Shown piece after piece: positions 1 to 11,555 of a DNA stretch of 64,000 bases (within the stretch, counting starts at the first letter, position 1; each line of letters begins with the position of its first letter). The position numbers and the translations under genes are program-made. Location of the stretch: assembly GCA_963726325.1 (NCBI GenBank), contig CAVSCA010000004.1, positions 8,466 to 72,465 of the forward strand. The letters are read 5' to 3'. Below the pieces are notes generated by a model. It ran no database searches, had not been told where the DNA came from, and was given only the letters and a program-made list of their open reading frames with translations. This DNA comes from an uncultured Actinomycetes bacterium. Its GTDB lineage: Bacteria > Actinomycetota > Coriobacteriia > Anaerosomatales > PHET01.

Positions 1-1493
1 CGCCGGCGTGAGGCGCTGCCAGCACCACGAGCTCGGCGCTGAAGGCGCGCCACTGGTCGCCTTGCGAGAACAGCACACGGCCGCCACCGGATGCGAGCGG
101 CTCCACCTTGAGGCGGTCGCCCGGGCCGAGCGGAACCTCGGTCAGGTTGGCGGGACGGTTCTTGCCCAGCGTCATGCCCCGCACCTTGTCGCCGCCCAGC
201 ACGCGGTCCCAGGTGAACTCGGCGACCACGGTGCCCGGAGCCCGCTTCTCGATCTCGTGCGCGAACTTCGCGATCGTCTGGCAGCACGTGCGCGAGCACG
301 TCTCGGCCGGAGCCGTGCCGTCGGCAGCGGCGCAGTGGATCAGACGCGATCGACTTGGGCGCCGGGCCGTCCGGCAGATGGATCTCGCCGGCGGTAGGGC
401 CGTCGGTGTTGAGCAGGCGCTCGAACTCGTAGGTGGTGAGGATGCCGGGGCGCGTCCAGAGCTCGCCCGTGGTGAGTATCTGAGATCCCGTCGCGACCAC
501 GATTCCGCCGAACTCGCGCTGGACGAGCTGCGGTTCCTCGGCGAGATCGATGGCGCCGAAGGGGCACGCCGTAGCGCACGCCTCGCACTCGCCACCGGTG
601 AAACGCAGACACGTGGAGCGGTCGATGACCGACGCGTGCGGCAGGCAGCCGGCGTACGGGATGTGTATCGCCGTGCGGGAGGACAGCCCGCCGTTGATCG
701 GGTCGGGGCTCTCGACGGGGCACACGCCGGCGCACGTCCCGCAGCCGTAGCAGCCGTCGAGGGCGACGTGGCGCGGCGTGCGGCGGATCTGCGCGGTGTA
801 GTTGCCCAGGTAGCCCACGAGCTCTTCGACCTCACTCGAGAGCAGCACCTCGATGTTGGGGTGGTGCAGCACGCGGTCCATCATCGGTTCGAGAAGACAC
901 GGTGCGCAGTCGAGGTCGGGGAAGAGCTCCTCGAGCAGCACCGTCACCCCGCCGATCGAAGGATCGCGCTCCACGAGCGTGACGTTGCGCCCGGCGTCGG
1001 CTATCAGAAGCGCCGAGGTCATGCCCGCTACGCCGGAGCCGACCACGAGCACCGCGGTGTCGCACTCGATCTCGGGCGCGATGAGCGGCGCGTTCTCGAG
1101 CGCTCGCGCGATAGCCGCCTCGACGAGATGCTGCGCCTTGCGCGTGGCCGCAGCGCGGTCGTTCGTGACCCACGCGCACTGCTCGCGCACGTTCGCGCGA
1201 CCGGCGAGATACGGGTTCACGCCGGCTGCGGTACAGGCCTCGGCGAGCGTCTCGACGTGCTCCCTTGGCGAGCAGGCGGCAAAGACCGGGCGCATCCCGT
1301 CGTGCTCGCGCAGCTTCTCGGCGAGCCACTTCTTGCCCTCCGCCGAGCAAAGCGTGGGGTAGCGCTCGACGGCGCCGACGTCGGAGAGCGTCGAGACCTG
1401 CGCACCCAGCGCGTCGAGGTCGACGAGGTCTTTGATGATCGGCCCGCACTCGCACAGGAAGACGACGGCTCTGGTGTTGTCGGGCGCGCTCAC
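1..1493 (-). CDS. hdrA: Heterodisulfide reductase subunit A-like flavo-iron-sulfur protein (runs off window start; frameshift near 345)
   Basis: Manual translation from GTG 1493: VFLCECG, AACSP, NVREQCAWV, VVGSGVAG (FAD), FPDLDCAPC, CYGCGTCAGVCP, CEACATACP, YEFERLL, CSRTCC. Not shown in the ORF track. Confidence 0.88.
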   Translation of the reverse strand, partial: MSAPDNTRAVVFLCECGPIIKDLVDLDALGAQVSTLSDVGAVERYPTLCSAEGKKWLAEKLREHDGMRPVFAACSPREHVETLAEACTAAGVNPYLAGRANVREQCAWVTNDRAAATRKAQHLVEAAIARALENAPLIAPEIECDTAVLVVGSGVAGMTSALLIADAGRNVTLVERDPSIGGVTVLLEELFPDLDCAPCLLEPMMDRVLHHPNIEVLLSSEVEELVGYLGNYTAQIRRTPRHVALDGCYGCGTCAGVCPVESPDPINGGLSSRTAIHIPYAGCLPHASVIDRSTCLRFTGGECEACATACPFGAIDLAEEPQLVQREFGGIVVATGSQILTTGELWTRPGILTTYEFERLLNTDGPTAGEIHLPDGPAPKSIASDPLRRCRRHGSGRDVLAHVLPDDREVRARDREAGSGHRGRRVHLGPRAGRRQGAGHDAGQEPSRQPDRGSARPGRPPQGGAARIRWRPCAVLARRPVARLQRRARGAGSASRR

Positions 1494-3002
1494 GGGCGCA
1501 CCTCGCTCTCGGTCGAGGTGCGTGACTGCGCCCTCGTGGTCGCGGCGCAGGGCGTCGACGAGCACGCCGTCGGGGCCGTATGCCCGAAGCTCGAGCGGAC
1601 CGGAGCCCGGCAGCGCGTGGGTCGCGCAGCCGAAGCACGGGTCGTACGCGCGAAACGCCATCTCGATACGGTTCATCAGCGGCTCGGTGAGCGCGGTGCC
1701 TGCGGTGATGAGCCCGCGAGCGGCCTTCTGCACCGACATCTGGATCGCGGGGTAGTTGTACGTGGTCCCCACGATCATGTTGACGCGCTGGACGATGCCG
1801 TCCTCGTCTGTGGTGTAGTGGTGGGTGAGCAGTCCACGCGGCGCCTCGACGCAACCGACTCCGCTGCCCAGCGCCTTTCCCGGAAGCGTTCGGATCTCAG
1901 GGCTCGTGAGACGCTCGTCGGCCGCGTAGCGCACCACGAGCTCGGCCGCCTGAAGCATCTCGATCAACCGCGCCCAGTGGTAGGCGAGGGTGTTGTGGAC
2001 CGGCTTGCCGCCCAGCGTGGCGAAGAACTTCTCGTAGTGCTCCTGGGCGTGCGGCGTCTGCATGCCGTCGCCGGCGTTGAGCGACCCGAGCGGGCCCGAG
2101 CGGATGATCGCGTGGGCGGCGGCTGTCGTCCAGGCCCGCCCAGCCGAGCTTCTTGAGGTACGGGAGCTTGAGGTAGGTCCACGGCTCCACGCGCTCCGAG
2201 AAGTGCTCGAGGTAGTCGGCCGGGCGCGTACTTCACGAGCTCGACGCCGTCCGGCGAGACGACTCGCACCTTGCCGTCGTAGGGGTCGGGCTGGTTCGTC
2301 GTCGTTGACCAGGGCGAGGTAGCAGGTGCGCGAGATGTACTCCTCGGAGGTGATCATGTCGAGGAGCTTGGGATCGGCCAGGACGACGTCGGCGAAGATC
2401 TGCTGCGCCTGCAGCGCGAAGTCGACCATGTAGCGGCCGATCTCGGCGACACGCTCGGCGCTCTCGCGGGTCACCGGCTGCGAGATCCCGCCCGGCACCA
2501 TCGACACGGGGTGGATCCTGCGGCCGCCGAGCAGCTCGGCGACCTCGTGCGCCTCCTTGCGCATGCGGATGACCTGGCCGGCGAGCTCGGGGCCCACGGC
2601 CCGGATGACGCCCAGGATGTTGCGATCGGCCGCCGGAGCGTCCGGTCCCACGATGAAGTCCGGGCCTCCGAGCGCGAAGAAGTGCGTAGCGTGGTCGCCG
2701 GCCATGAACGCGTTGTACTGCAGCCGTCTCGAGAGCTCCGCGGCGATCGGGATCTCGAGCCCGTAGACGGCGTCGGCGGCCTTGGCGGCCGCGGCGTGAT
2801 GCGCTTCGGGGCACACGCCGCAGATGCGCTGCGTGATCAGCGGCAGCTCCTCCACGGGCCGTCCCTCGAGGAACTTCTCGAAGCCGCGCAGCTCCGGGAT
2901 GACCAGATAGGCCGAGTCGACCGCGCCCGCTTCGTCCAGGTACAGGTCGATGCGCCCGTGGCCCTCGAGCCGCGTGATGGGATCGATGCTGACGCGCCTC
3001 AT
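1490..3002 (-). CDS. mvhA: [NiFe]-hydrogenase large subunit, group 3c (MvhA type); frameshifted
   Basis: N-terminal IDPITRLEGHG, L1 motif QRICGVCPEAH, L2 motif MAFRAYDPCFGCATH; stop overlaps hdrA start. Confidence 0.9.
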
Positions 3003-3974
3003 CGGCCCGCTCCCTCACGTGCGCCGCTCGGGCGTGCGCCACCCATCAGCGAGGTGGGCAGGCTGAAGCAGTAGAAGGTGCCTGCCGGATCGGCCACGCC
3101 TTCCATGATCTCGATGATCTCCTGCTCGTCTTCGCTGTCGATGATGGTGCCGAGCGCGGCGGCCATCTTCGCGCCCTGGTCCACCGCGTCACCGGCGGGC
3201 CCGTAGCAGCCCCGGCAGGGCATGGCGGCGGACGGGCACCGGGCGACGCATCCGGAGCGGGTGGCCGGGCCCATGCACACGACACCCTGCTCGAGCAGAC
3301 ACCAGTCCGGCTCGGGCACGATCTGGTGCGAGCGCACGAACGCGCTCACGCGGGTGTTGCGCTTCTCGCGGGGACACTCCTCGCACACCGAGCGGTCTCC
3401 GGCGCCCACGGTGACCTGGTCGCTCGGCAGCTCGCCGGCGATGATCGCCGAGCACACAGCCCAGACCTGCGCCGCCTCGGGCGCACAGCCGGGGACGACG
3501 TAGTCGACGACGGCCACGCCACTGAGCGCGCTCACGCGGTCGGTAAGGGGCGTGACGCAGGAGGTGCTCCTCGGTGCCGGTGGTGCACGGGCGCACGTCG
3601 GTCGCGTCCGTGGACTCGGTGGTGAACGCGCGCTCGAGCACGTCGGCGGTGTCGAACAGGTTGCCGAGCCCGGGCACTCCGCCGAACGCGGCGCACGCAC
3701 CGAAGGCGACGAGCGCCTTGGACTTGCGCCTCAGCAGCTCGGCTATGTGTGCGTTCTCCTCGGTACGGATGGCGCCGTTGAACAGGCACACGTCGATCGA
3801 GCCGTCCTCGAGCGCCTCGACATCGGCGTACTTGAGGTCGGCGATCGCGGGCCAGAACACGATGTCGGCCGCCTCGACCAACTCGAGGATGTGCTCGTGG
3901 ATCTCGAGTAGCGCGATCTCGCAGCCACCGCACCCCGCGGCGCAGTACGCCGCTATGGCCAGCTTGCCGGCCAT
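2999..3974 (-). CDS. mvhG: [NiFe]-hydrogenase small subunit (MvhG type); frameshift near 3555
   Basis: AAGCGGCE, FGACAAFGG, VPGCAP, CEECP, CLLEQGVVCMGPATRSGC...CP...PCRGCYGP. Confidence 0.9.
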
Positions 3975-4399
3975 CAGCCCGAGACCTCGGCGGTTCGCGG
4001 CGCCAGCGGGCCGAGCGCGCGGACCTGCTCGGTCATCTCGGCGACCAGCTCGGCGTAGCGGGCACCCTCGGAGGCCGAGACCCACTCGAGGCGCAGCCGC
4101 TCGGGCTCGATGCCCAGATCGGCCGCCATGCGCCTCATGACCTGGAAGCGGGCGAGGGCCTTGCAGTTGCCGTTGATGTAGTGGCAGTCGCCGGGGTGGC
4201 AGCCGCAGATGAGCACGCCGTCCATGCCGCGCGCGAAGGCGTCGAACACGAGCGTGGGGTCGACGCGTCCGCTGCACATGACGCGAACCACTTCGACGTT
4301 GGTCGGATACTCGATGCGCTGCTGGCCCGCGCCGTCTGCGCCGGAGTACGAGCACCAGTTGCACAACACGCCGAGTATGCGTGGCTCGAAACCGGCCAC
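3974..4399 (-). CDS. mvhD: Methyl-viologen-reducing hydrogenase delta subunit [2Fe-2S]
   Basis: LCNWCSYSGAD, RVMCSGRVDP, GCHPGDCHY, ERLRLEWVSASEG; GTG start with AGGAG RBS. Confidence 0.93.
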   Translation of the reverse strand: MAGFEPRILGVLCNWCSYSGADGAGQQRIEYPTNVEVVRVMCSGRVDPTLVFDAFARGMDGVLICGCHPGDCHYINGNCKALARFQVMRRMAADLGIEPERLRLEWVSASEGARYAELVAEMTEQVRALGPLAPRTAEVSG

Positions 4400-4700
4400 C
4401 GTGTCTCCTGTCTGCGTCCACCCTTTGGACCGGACCTGAGCGTGTGAGGAGAACCGCGCCGGCGACACCGGAGTTTGCAGGCCTGCCTCGTGAGACTCAT
4501 ATCGGGTTGTGAGCACGCTCACTGAAGACAGTGGCACGACATTAACCATACCTTCATAGACGGAGCGCGGCGAGTGGCTGCGGCGGCTCGCCGAACGGGG
4601 TAGGAACCGTGGGTCGGGTGTGGTCGCCACGAGGCGTGGTACTCTTGTGCGCCTGTGTGCCCACACGAGCCACGATCGCTCGCCGCTGTATCGGAGTGTC

Positions 4701-6509
4701 ATGCGCCAAGAAGACGTACGTAACATCGCCATCATCGCCCACGTGGACCACGGCAAGACCACGCTCGTGGACCGGCTGCTTCAGACGACCCACGTCTTCC
4801 GAGACAACCAGCAGGTCGCCGAGCGGGTGCTCGACTCCAACGACCAGGAGCGCGAGCGCGGGATCACGATCCTTGCCAAGAACATCTCGGTCAGGCATCG
4901 GGACACCAAGATCAACGTGATCGACACTCCGGGTCACGCCGACTTCGGCGGTGAGGTGGAGCGCGTGCTCAAGATGGCCGACGGCTGCCTGCTCATCGTC
5001 GACGCGTTCGAGGGAACGATGCCGCAGACGCGGTTCGTGCTTCGCCACGCGCTGGAGCACGGCCTCAAGCCGATGGTCGTCGTCAACAAGATCGACCGTC
5101 GTGGGGCCCGGCCGCACGAGGTGATCGACCAGGTATTCGATCTGATGGTCGACCTGGGCGCCAACGACGAGCAGCTCGACTTCCCCGTGGTGTACACGAG
5201 TGCCGTCAACGGGTACGCGCGGCTCGAGCCCGACGACGAGAACATGGACATGCTGCCGCTTCTCGACGCGATCATCGACCACATCCCGGCGCCCGACGTC
5301 GACCCCGACGGCCCGGTCGCGATGCAGGTCTGCACGATCGACTACTCGAACTTCGTTGGCCGCATCGGGATCGGGCGCATCTTCTCGGGCACCCTGCACT
5401 CGGGCGAGCGGATCATGGTCATCAAGAACGACGGCAGCCGCTACCAGGCGACCGTCAAGGAGCTCTACACCTTCGAGGGGATGGGCCGCCAAGCGGCCGA
5501 GTCGGCGCACGCCGGCGACATCGTCGCGGTCGTGGGCGTGGAGGACGCCGACATCGGCGACATGTTCACCTGCCGCATCGACCCGATCACGCTGGCTCCG
5601 ATCCACGTCGAAGAGCCCACGATGTCGATCGTGTTCGAGCCCTCCACGAGCCCGCTCGTGGGCCAGGAGGGCGAGATCGTCGGCGGTCGCCAGATCAAGG
5701 AGCGGCTGCTGCGCGAGGCCGAGTCGAACATCTCGATGAACATCACCGAGACCGAGGACAAGGCCGGCATGGAGGTCGCGGGGCGCGGCGTGCTGCACAT
5801 CTCGGTGCTGATGGAGACGATGCGCCGCGAGGGCTACGAGTTCCAGGTGGGGCGGCCGCGCGTCATCCTCAAGACCGACGAGCGCGGCAAGAAGCTCGAG
5901 CCGATCGAGCAGGCCGTGGTCGACGTGCCTTCGGAGTACGCGGGCAAGGTCATCGAGATCTTCGGCACCGCCGGCGGCGAGATGACCGACATGGTGCAGC
6001 GCGACGAGCACGTGCACCTGGAGTTCAAGATCCCTTCGCGCGGCGTCATGGGTCTGCGCACGCGCATCCTCAACGCGACGCGCGGCGAGGGCACGCTGTT
6101 CCACCACTTCAGCGCCTACGGGCCGTACCGCGGCGACCTGGGCGGACGCCAGAACGGCTCGCTCATCGCGATGACCACCGACAAGTCCGTGGCGTTCGCC
6201 CTCGACTCCTTGCAGCAGCGGGGCAAGATGTTCGTGGGTCCCGGCGTGATGTGCTACGAGGGCATGATCGTGGGCGAGCACGCCAAGAGCGGCGACCTCG
6301 TGGTCAACGTCGCCAAAGCCAAGCAGCTCACCAACATGCGCGCGTCCTCGGCCGACAAGGGCATCATCCTCGCCCCGCCCATCACCTTCACGCTCGAGGA
6401 AGCGCTCGAGTACATCGAGGATGACGAGCTGGTCGAGGTGACGCCCAAGTCGATCCGGCTGCGCAAGCGGCTCCTCAACGAGAAGGACCGCAAGCGGGCA
6501 GGTCGCTAG
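4701..6509 (+). CDS. typA: Translational GTPase TypA/BipA
   Basis: [40 protein letters not shown]-terminal [18 protein letters not shown]. Confidence 0.97.
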   Translation: MRQEDVRNIAIIAHVDHGKTTLVDRLLQTTHVFRDNQQVAERVLDSNDQERERGITILAKNISVRHRDTKINVIDTPGHADFGGEVERVLKMADGCLLIVDAFEGTMPQTRFVLRHALEHGLKPMVVVNKIDRRGARPHEVIDQVFDLMVDLGANDEQLDFPVVYTSAVNGYARLEPDDENMDMLPLLDAIIDHIPAPDVDPDGPVAMQVCTIDYSNFVGRIGIGRIFSGTLHSGERIMVIKNDGSRYQATVKELYTFEGMGRQAAESAHAGDIVAVVGVEDADIGDMFTCRIDPITLAPIHVEEPTMSIVFEPSTSPLVGQEGEIVGGRQIKERLLREAESNISMNITETEDKAGMEVAGRGVLHISVLMETMRREGYEFQVGRPRVILKTDERGKKLEPIEQAVVDVPSEYAGKVIEIFGTAGGEMTDMVQRDEHVHLEFKIPSRGVMGLRTRILNATRGEGTLFHHFSAYGPYRGDLGGRQNGSLIAMTTDKSVAFALDSLQQRGKMFVGPGVMCYEGMIVGEHAKSGDLVVNVAKAKQLTNMRASSADKGIILAPPITFTLEEALEYIEDDELVEVTPKSIRLRKRLLNEKDRKRAGR

Positions 6510-6519
6510 AGGTCGGACG

Positions 6520-6792
6520 CTAGCGCTTGCTTCGGCCGTAGCCGCCGCCGGCGTAGGTGCCGATGTCGATCGCGAGCGCGAGCCCAAGGATGATCCAGTC
6601 GAACCAGGTGATCCCACCGGGGGCGACGAAGACGTAGCCCAAGGTGGTCCACGGCAGGAAGATCACGCCGAGGAGCGCCCACCAAAACGAGCTGAACGCC
6701 GCCTGAACCCTGGCCGGGTAGATGAGCCAGTAGATCAGGAATCCGAGACGCGGCGCTCCGGCCAGCACCGAGGCGAACAGACAGCAACCCAT
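6520..6792 (-). CDS. Small multi-pass membrane protein
   Basis: 90-aa hydrophobic ORF with GAGGGGG RBS; motif GxxFLPWTTL. Confidence 0.7.
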   Translation of the reverse strand: MGCCLFASVLAGAPRLGFLIYWLIYPARVQAAFSSFWWALLGVIFLPWTTLGYVFVAPGGITWFDWIILGLALAIDIGTYAGGGYGRSKR

Positions 6793-6941
6793 GGCTCCCC
6801 CTCATATCGACGTTCGCGCGCCCGTGCGCGCACCGTGAGTATTCCCCTTAGCGGTTCGATTCGAGCGTGTACGATTGTATCCGCGAGCATCGACTGGAAG
6901 GCCGTCGGCGTCAGCCGCGTGGTCAGGAGCCGGGGGTCACT

Positions 6942-8939
6942 GTGAGGGTGCGAGAACTCCCCAATGTGTGGATCCCGCTGTCCGACGGCATGAGGCTCGC
7001 CGCTCGGATCTGGCTGCCGGAAGACGCCGCCGCTGCGCCGGTGCCGGCGATCCTCGAGTACCTGCCGTACCGCAAGGACGACGAGACCGCCAACGCCGAC
7101 GCGACGCGCCACCCCTACTTCGCCCAGCACGGCTACGCGGCCGTTCGCGTCGATATCCGCGGCACCGGCGACTCCGACGGGCTGATCGCCGACGAGTACA
7201 CGCGCCAGGAGCAGCTCGACGCCCTCGAGGTACTCGCGTGGCTTGCCGAGCAGCCCTGGTGCACCGGCGACGTGGGCATGATCGGCTACTCGTGGGGCGG
7301 CTTCAACGGCCTGCAGGTCGCGGCGCACCGCCCGCCGCAGCTCAAGGCGGTCGTTTCGGGGTACTCGACCGACGATCGCTACGCCGACGACTGCCACTAC
7401 ATGGGCGGCTGTCTGCTCGGCAGCGACATGCTCAAGTGGGCGACGTCGATGCGCGCCTACAACGCGCTTCCGCCCGATCCGCGCTTCCGCGACGACTGGC
7501 TCGAAGTCTGGCTCGAGCGCCTCGGCCTCGACGCCCGCGTTCATCGAGTCGTGGCTCACGCACCAGACGCGCGACGAGTTCTGGCGTCAGGGCTCGATCG
7601 CCGAGGACTACTCGGCGATCACGGCGGCGACACTGCTCGTCGGGGGTTGGGCCGACGCGTACACCAACGCGGTGCCCAGGATGCTCGAGCACCTCGAGTG
7701 CCCGCGCCGCGGCCTCATCGGCCCGTGGGCGCACTTCCTGCCGTATCTGGGTGGGGAGCCGGGGCCGCGCATCGGCTTTCTCCAGGAGTGTCTGCGCTGG
7801 TTCGACCGCTACCTCAAGGGCATCGACACCGGAGTCGACGCCGATCCGCTGCTTCGCGCGTGGATGCAGGAGAGCGTCGAGCCGAGCGCCTCGTACCACG
7901 AGCGACCGGGTCGCTGGGTGGGCGTGGACAGCTGGCCGCCCGGCGGCGCGCCCGCGCGTGGCTGGCGCTTGTCGGCAGGCGGCGTCCTCGCGCCCGCGGC
8001 CGAGCCGGCGGGCACGCTCTCGATGCTGGCGGTGAGCTCGCCGCAGCACCTCGGCGAGACGGCGGGGGTGTGGTGCGCGAACGGGCGCGGCGAGGAGTTC
8101 GCGAGCGATCAGCGCCCGGACGACGCGCTGTCGGCGTGCTTCGACAGCGAGCCGCTCGCCGAGCCGGTCGAGGTCCTCGGCTTCCCGGAGGTGCGGCTCG
8201 TCGTGTCGGCCGACAAGCCCTTCGCGCTCGTGGCGGCGCGTCTGTGCGAGGTCGCACCCGACGGCGCGTCGACACTCGTGAGCTGGGGACTTCTCAATCT
8301 CGCTCGCCGAGAAGGGCACGACCGCACCGTCCCGCTCGAGCCGGGGCGCGCGTACGACGTGGCGTTCAAGCTCAACGCGATCGGCCACCGCTTCTCGGCA
8401 GGCAACCGGCTGCGCTTGGCGCTCTCGCCCACCTACTGGCCGCACGCGTGGCCGTCGCCGGAGTCGGCGACGCTCTCGATCGAGGTGGGCGGGCAGGGCG
8501 GACTGAGTCTGCCGATACTCGACCCCGCGGCGTGCGTCCCGGCGAGCGTCGTCGCGCAGCCCGAGTCGACGCCGCGGCTCGATCCCGATGCGTCGAGCAG
8601 CAGGACTCGCGAGCTGAGCCTCGCCGAAGGACGCGTGCACCGGACCTTCGACGTCGAGCACTCGTCGACCGCGCTGCCGGACAGCGGGACGCGGCTGACC
8701 TCGACGGCATCCGACGAGTACTCGATCGCCGAGGGCGACCCGCTCTCGGCCTCGACGACCTCTCGGCGCGACTGGAGACTCGAGCGCGACGGCTGGAGCG
8801 TGCGCATCGTGGTGTCCGCGTCGATGGGTTGTGACGCCGGGCGCGTTCATCGTGGACGACTCGCTCGAGGCGTACCACGGTGAGGAGCAGGGTCTTCTCG
8901 GCGAAGCGCCGAATCAGCGTGGCGCGAGACGGGGTCTGA
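6942..8939 (+). CDS. CocE/NonD family hydrolase (frameshifted)
   Basis: WIPLSDGMRLAARIWLP, LEYLPYRK, GYSWGG nucleophile motif, GPWAH, C-terminal PepX-like domain; stitched from three frames. Confidence 0.88.
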
Positions 8940-9001
8940 AGCTGCGCGACGGGTATCCTGTGAGTCGACGGCAACACAACGACGCGAGTGAGGAGCGTAG
9001 C

Positions 9002-9697
9002 GTGGGCGACGTGAGGCGGATGCGGATCACGGTCACCGAGAACGGCCCGTACATGGTGTCGGGCGGCGTTCCTCTCGTGCGAGCGGAGATCGTGACCAAC
9101 GATGCTGGCGAGGCCGTGTCGTGGCTCGAGACCGAGACGCTCGCCTCGCCCGATCGCTACATGCTGTGCCGCTGCGGCCACTCGTGCACCAAGCCGTTCT
9201 GCGACGGCAGCGCATGCTCGAGGCGGGCTTCGACGGAGCCGAGAGCGCCGGGCCCGAGTCGACGACGGAGCATCGCCGCGTGCATCGACGGGCCGGGCGT
9301 CAAGCTCAAGGACGCCCGCAAGCTGTGTGCGGAGGCGAGGTTCTGCGACCGCGCGGGGGGTCTGTGGAACCTCATCGAGCGCTGCGACGACCCCGAGATC
9401 CGCGCGCTGGTGCTGGAGGAAGCGGCGCTGTGCCCTTCGGGGCGCTACTCGGCATGCGATCCGATAACCGACCAGCCCTACGAACCCGAGTTCGAGCCCT
9501 CGATCGCGCTGGTGGAGGACCCGTCGCTAGGGGTGAGCGGTCCGCTGTGGGTGCGCGGCGGCATCCCCATCTTCTCGGCGGAGTACGAGCCCTACGAGGT
9601 GCGCAATCGGGTGACGCTGTGCCGCTGCGGGCACTCGGCGAACAAGCCGTTTTGCGACGGCAGCCACATCGCGGCGAAGTTCAAGGACGGCGAGTAG
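9002..9697 (+). CDS. CDGSH iron-sulfur domain protein (two CDGSH domains flanking a divergent ferredoxin domain)
   Basis: LCRCGHSCTKPFCDGS and LCRCGHSANKPFCDGSH; central LCAEARFC...CPSG. Confidence 0.88.
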   Translation: MGDVRRMRITVTENGPYMVSGGVPLVRAEIVTNDAGEAVSWLETETLASPDRYMLCRCGHSCTKPFCDGSACSRRASTEPRAPGPSRRRSIAACIDGPGVKLKDARKLCAEARFCDRAGGLWNLIERCDDPEIRALVLEEAALCPSGRYSACDPITDQPYEPEFEPSIALVEDPSLGVSGPLWVRGGIPIFSAEYEPYEVRNRVTLCRCGHSANKPFCDGSHIAAKFKDGE

Positions 9698-9726
9698 AAG
9701 CAGCAGGCGTGCGACGCCGGCTGCCG

Positions 9727-10122
9727 CTACTTCCCGCCGAGGTCCTCCTTGATGCCCGTGGTCGAGATCCCCTCGGTGCGCGGCAGGAAGACGAGGTCGC
9801 AGTAGTCCTTGAGGTAGTCGAAGCGGTCGCTGTCGGCCCAGTCGTCGCCCATGACCACGATGTCGATGTCGTACTTCTTCACGTCGTCGACCTTCTGGTC
9901 CCACGACTTCTCCGGGATGACCAGGTCCACGTAGCGAATGGCCTCGACGATCTCCTTGCGGGTCTCGTAGTCGTGGAACGCCTCCTTGCCCTTGCCGGCG
10001 TTGAACTCGTCGGTCGAGACCGCCACGACCAAGAAGTCGCCCAGTGACTTGGCGCGCTGAAGGATCCGTATGTGGCCGTGGTGCAGCAGATCGAACGTTC
10101 CATAGGTCAGTACGCGTTTCAT
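9727..10122 (-). CDS. tagD: Glycerol-3-phosphate cytidylyltransferase
   Basis: MKRVLTYGTFDLLHHGH, VMGDDW, RTEGISTT. Confidence 0.95.
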   Translation of the reverse strand: MKRVLTYGTFDLLHHGHIRILQRAKSLGDFLVVAVSTDEFNAGKGKEAFHDYETRKEIVEAIRYVDLVIPEKSWDQKVDDVKKYDIDIVVMGDDWADSDRFDYLKDYCDLVFLPRTEGISTTGIKEDLGGK

Positions 10123-10208
10123 GTGGGCGTCTGGTCCTCCCGGGACAGGCTGTGGTGGCCGAATCGTCCCCATGGTAGTCGTTGCCGGAATCGAGCGCGA
10201 CGACTCGG

Positions 10209-11555
10209 CTACGAGGGCGCGTCCGCGGGGTCGATGACGCGAGCGAGGACACGCTCGCTCGCGTGCCCATCGTCGCGGTGCGCGAAGCGCTCGCCGAAGC
10301 GGTCGTAGCGTTCGTGGAGTTCGGCCGAGGGCGTCTCGGCCGAGCGTACGGCGGCGACGAGCTCGGCCTCGGTCCGAGCGACCGGCCCGGGCAGCTCCTC
10401 GAGCCCGAAGTAGAAGCCCCTGATGTCGCGGACGTACTCGTCGAGGTCGTACATGTAGAAGACGATGGGGCGCTTGAGGATCGCGTAGTCGAAGAACACG
10501 CTCGAGTAGTCGGTCACGAGCATGTCGCTCGCGATGTAGAGGTCGTTGATGTTGCTCACGTCCGAGACGTTGGTGATGAAGCCGGCGTAGCGCTCGAAGT
10601 CGAAGTCGTTGGCGACGAAGTAGTGCGCGCGGAACAGGATCACGTACTCGTCCCCAAGCTCGCTTCGCAGGTGATCGAAGTCGATCGGCAACTGCAGCGT
10701 GTAGCCGACACCGCTGACGTGCTGGTTGTCGCGCCAGGTCGGCGCGTACAGGATCACCTTCTTGCCCTCCGGCACCCCGAGCTCGGACCGGATTCGAGCG
10801 ACGTCGTCCGCCGAGTAGCCGAACAGCCCGTCGTTTCGCGGGTAGCCCTCCTCGACCAGCTTCGCTTCGGCGTCCGCTGCCGAGAAGCCGAACGCCGAGG
10901 TGAACTTCTCGGTGGTGAACCCCGACGGCGAGAGCAGGTAGGTGAGGCGCTCGCCCTCGCGCGTGTAGCGCCGGGTGATCTCGTCGGCGGTGTACTTCGC
11001 GTTGCTCGACGACTCCTCGGCGATGTCGCAGCCCAGCCGCTTGAACGGCGTTCCGTGCCACGTCTGGATGTAGACCTGGTCTCCGCGCGGCTCCAGGTGA
11101 GCGGGGATGACCGAGTTCGAGACCCAGTACTTCGCGCGGGCGTGGGCGGCGTAGTAGGGGGGGTCGCCGTACCTGACGAGCTCGGCGCGCTCGAGCTCCG
11201 GATAGGCGCGGAACTTCTCGGGCTCCTTGAACGCCCAGACGATCTTGAAGTCGTCGAAGCGGGGGTCGGCTATGAGCGCCTGATGCAGGGCCATGGGGCT
11301 GTCCGAGTAGCTGCGGCCCATGAACGACTCGAACATGATGGTCTTGGGCTCGACGGGGTGCTTGCGGCAGTGGCGCGCGTACTCGAGGCTGCGCTTGCGA
11401 GCGAGCAGCCAGCGCGACATCCGGCGAAACGCCAGGTTGCGCTTCGCCAGAGCGGTGACGCCGCGCTTCACTTGGCGGACGCCCTCGTTCACGACGCCGC
11501 TCGCCGATGAGGGCGCGGCTGCCCGATCGCCCTTGTTGCCTTCCGGTTCGGTCAC
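10209..11555 (-). CDS. CDP-glycerol glycerophosphotransferase family protein (TagF-like, gene A, intact copy)
   Basis: FESFMGRSYSDSP, QTWHGTPFKRLG, GYPRND, LYAPTWR, VTDYSSVFFDY, DGHASERV. Confidence 0.9.
   Translation of the reverse strand: MTEPEGNKGDRAAAPSSASGVVNEGVRQVKRGVTALAKRNLAFRRMSRWLLARKRSLEYARHCRKHPVEPKTIMFESFMGRSYSDSPMALHQALIADPRFDDFKIVWAFKEPEKFRAYPELERAELVRYGDPPYYAAHARAKYWVSNSVIPAHLEPRGDQVYIQTWHGTPFKRLGCDIAEESSSNAKYTADEITRRYTREGERLTYLLSPSGFTTEKFTSAFGFSAADAEAKLVEEGYPRNDGLFGYSADDVARIRSELGVPEGKKVILYAPTWRDNQHVSGVGYTLQLPIDFDHLRSELGDEYVILFRAHYFVANDFDFERYAGFITNVSDVSNINDLYIASDMLVTDYSSVFFDYAILKRPIVFYMYDLDEYVRDIRGFYFGLEELPGPVARTEAELVAAVRSAETPSAELHERYDRFGERFAHRDDGHASERVLARVIDPADAPS

Noticed and set aside
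108..2156. Long + strand ORF (682 aa) and similar long antisense ORFs (e.g. 4554-6617, 42702-45023, 53516-56248)
   Set aside because: Shadow ORFs opposite real genes in high-GC DNA; no motifs
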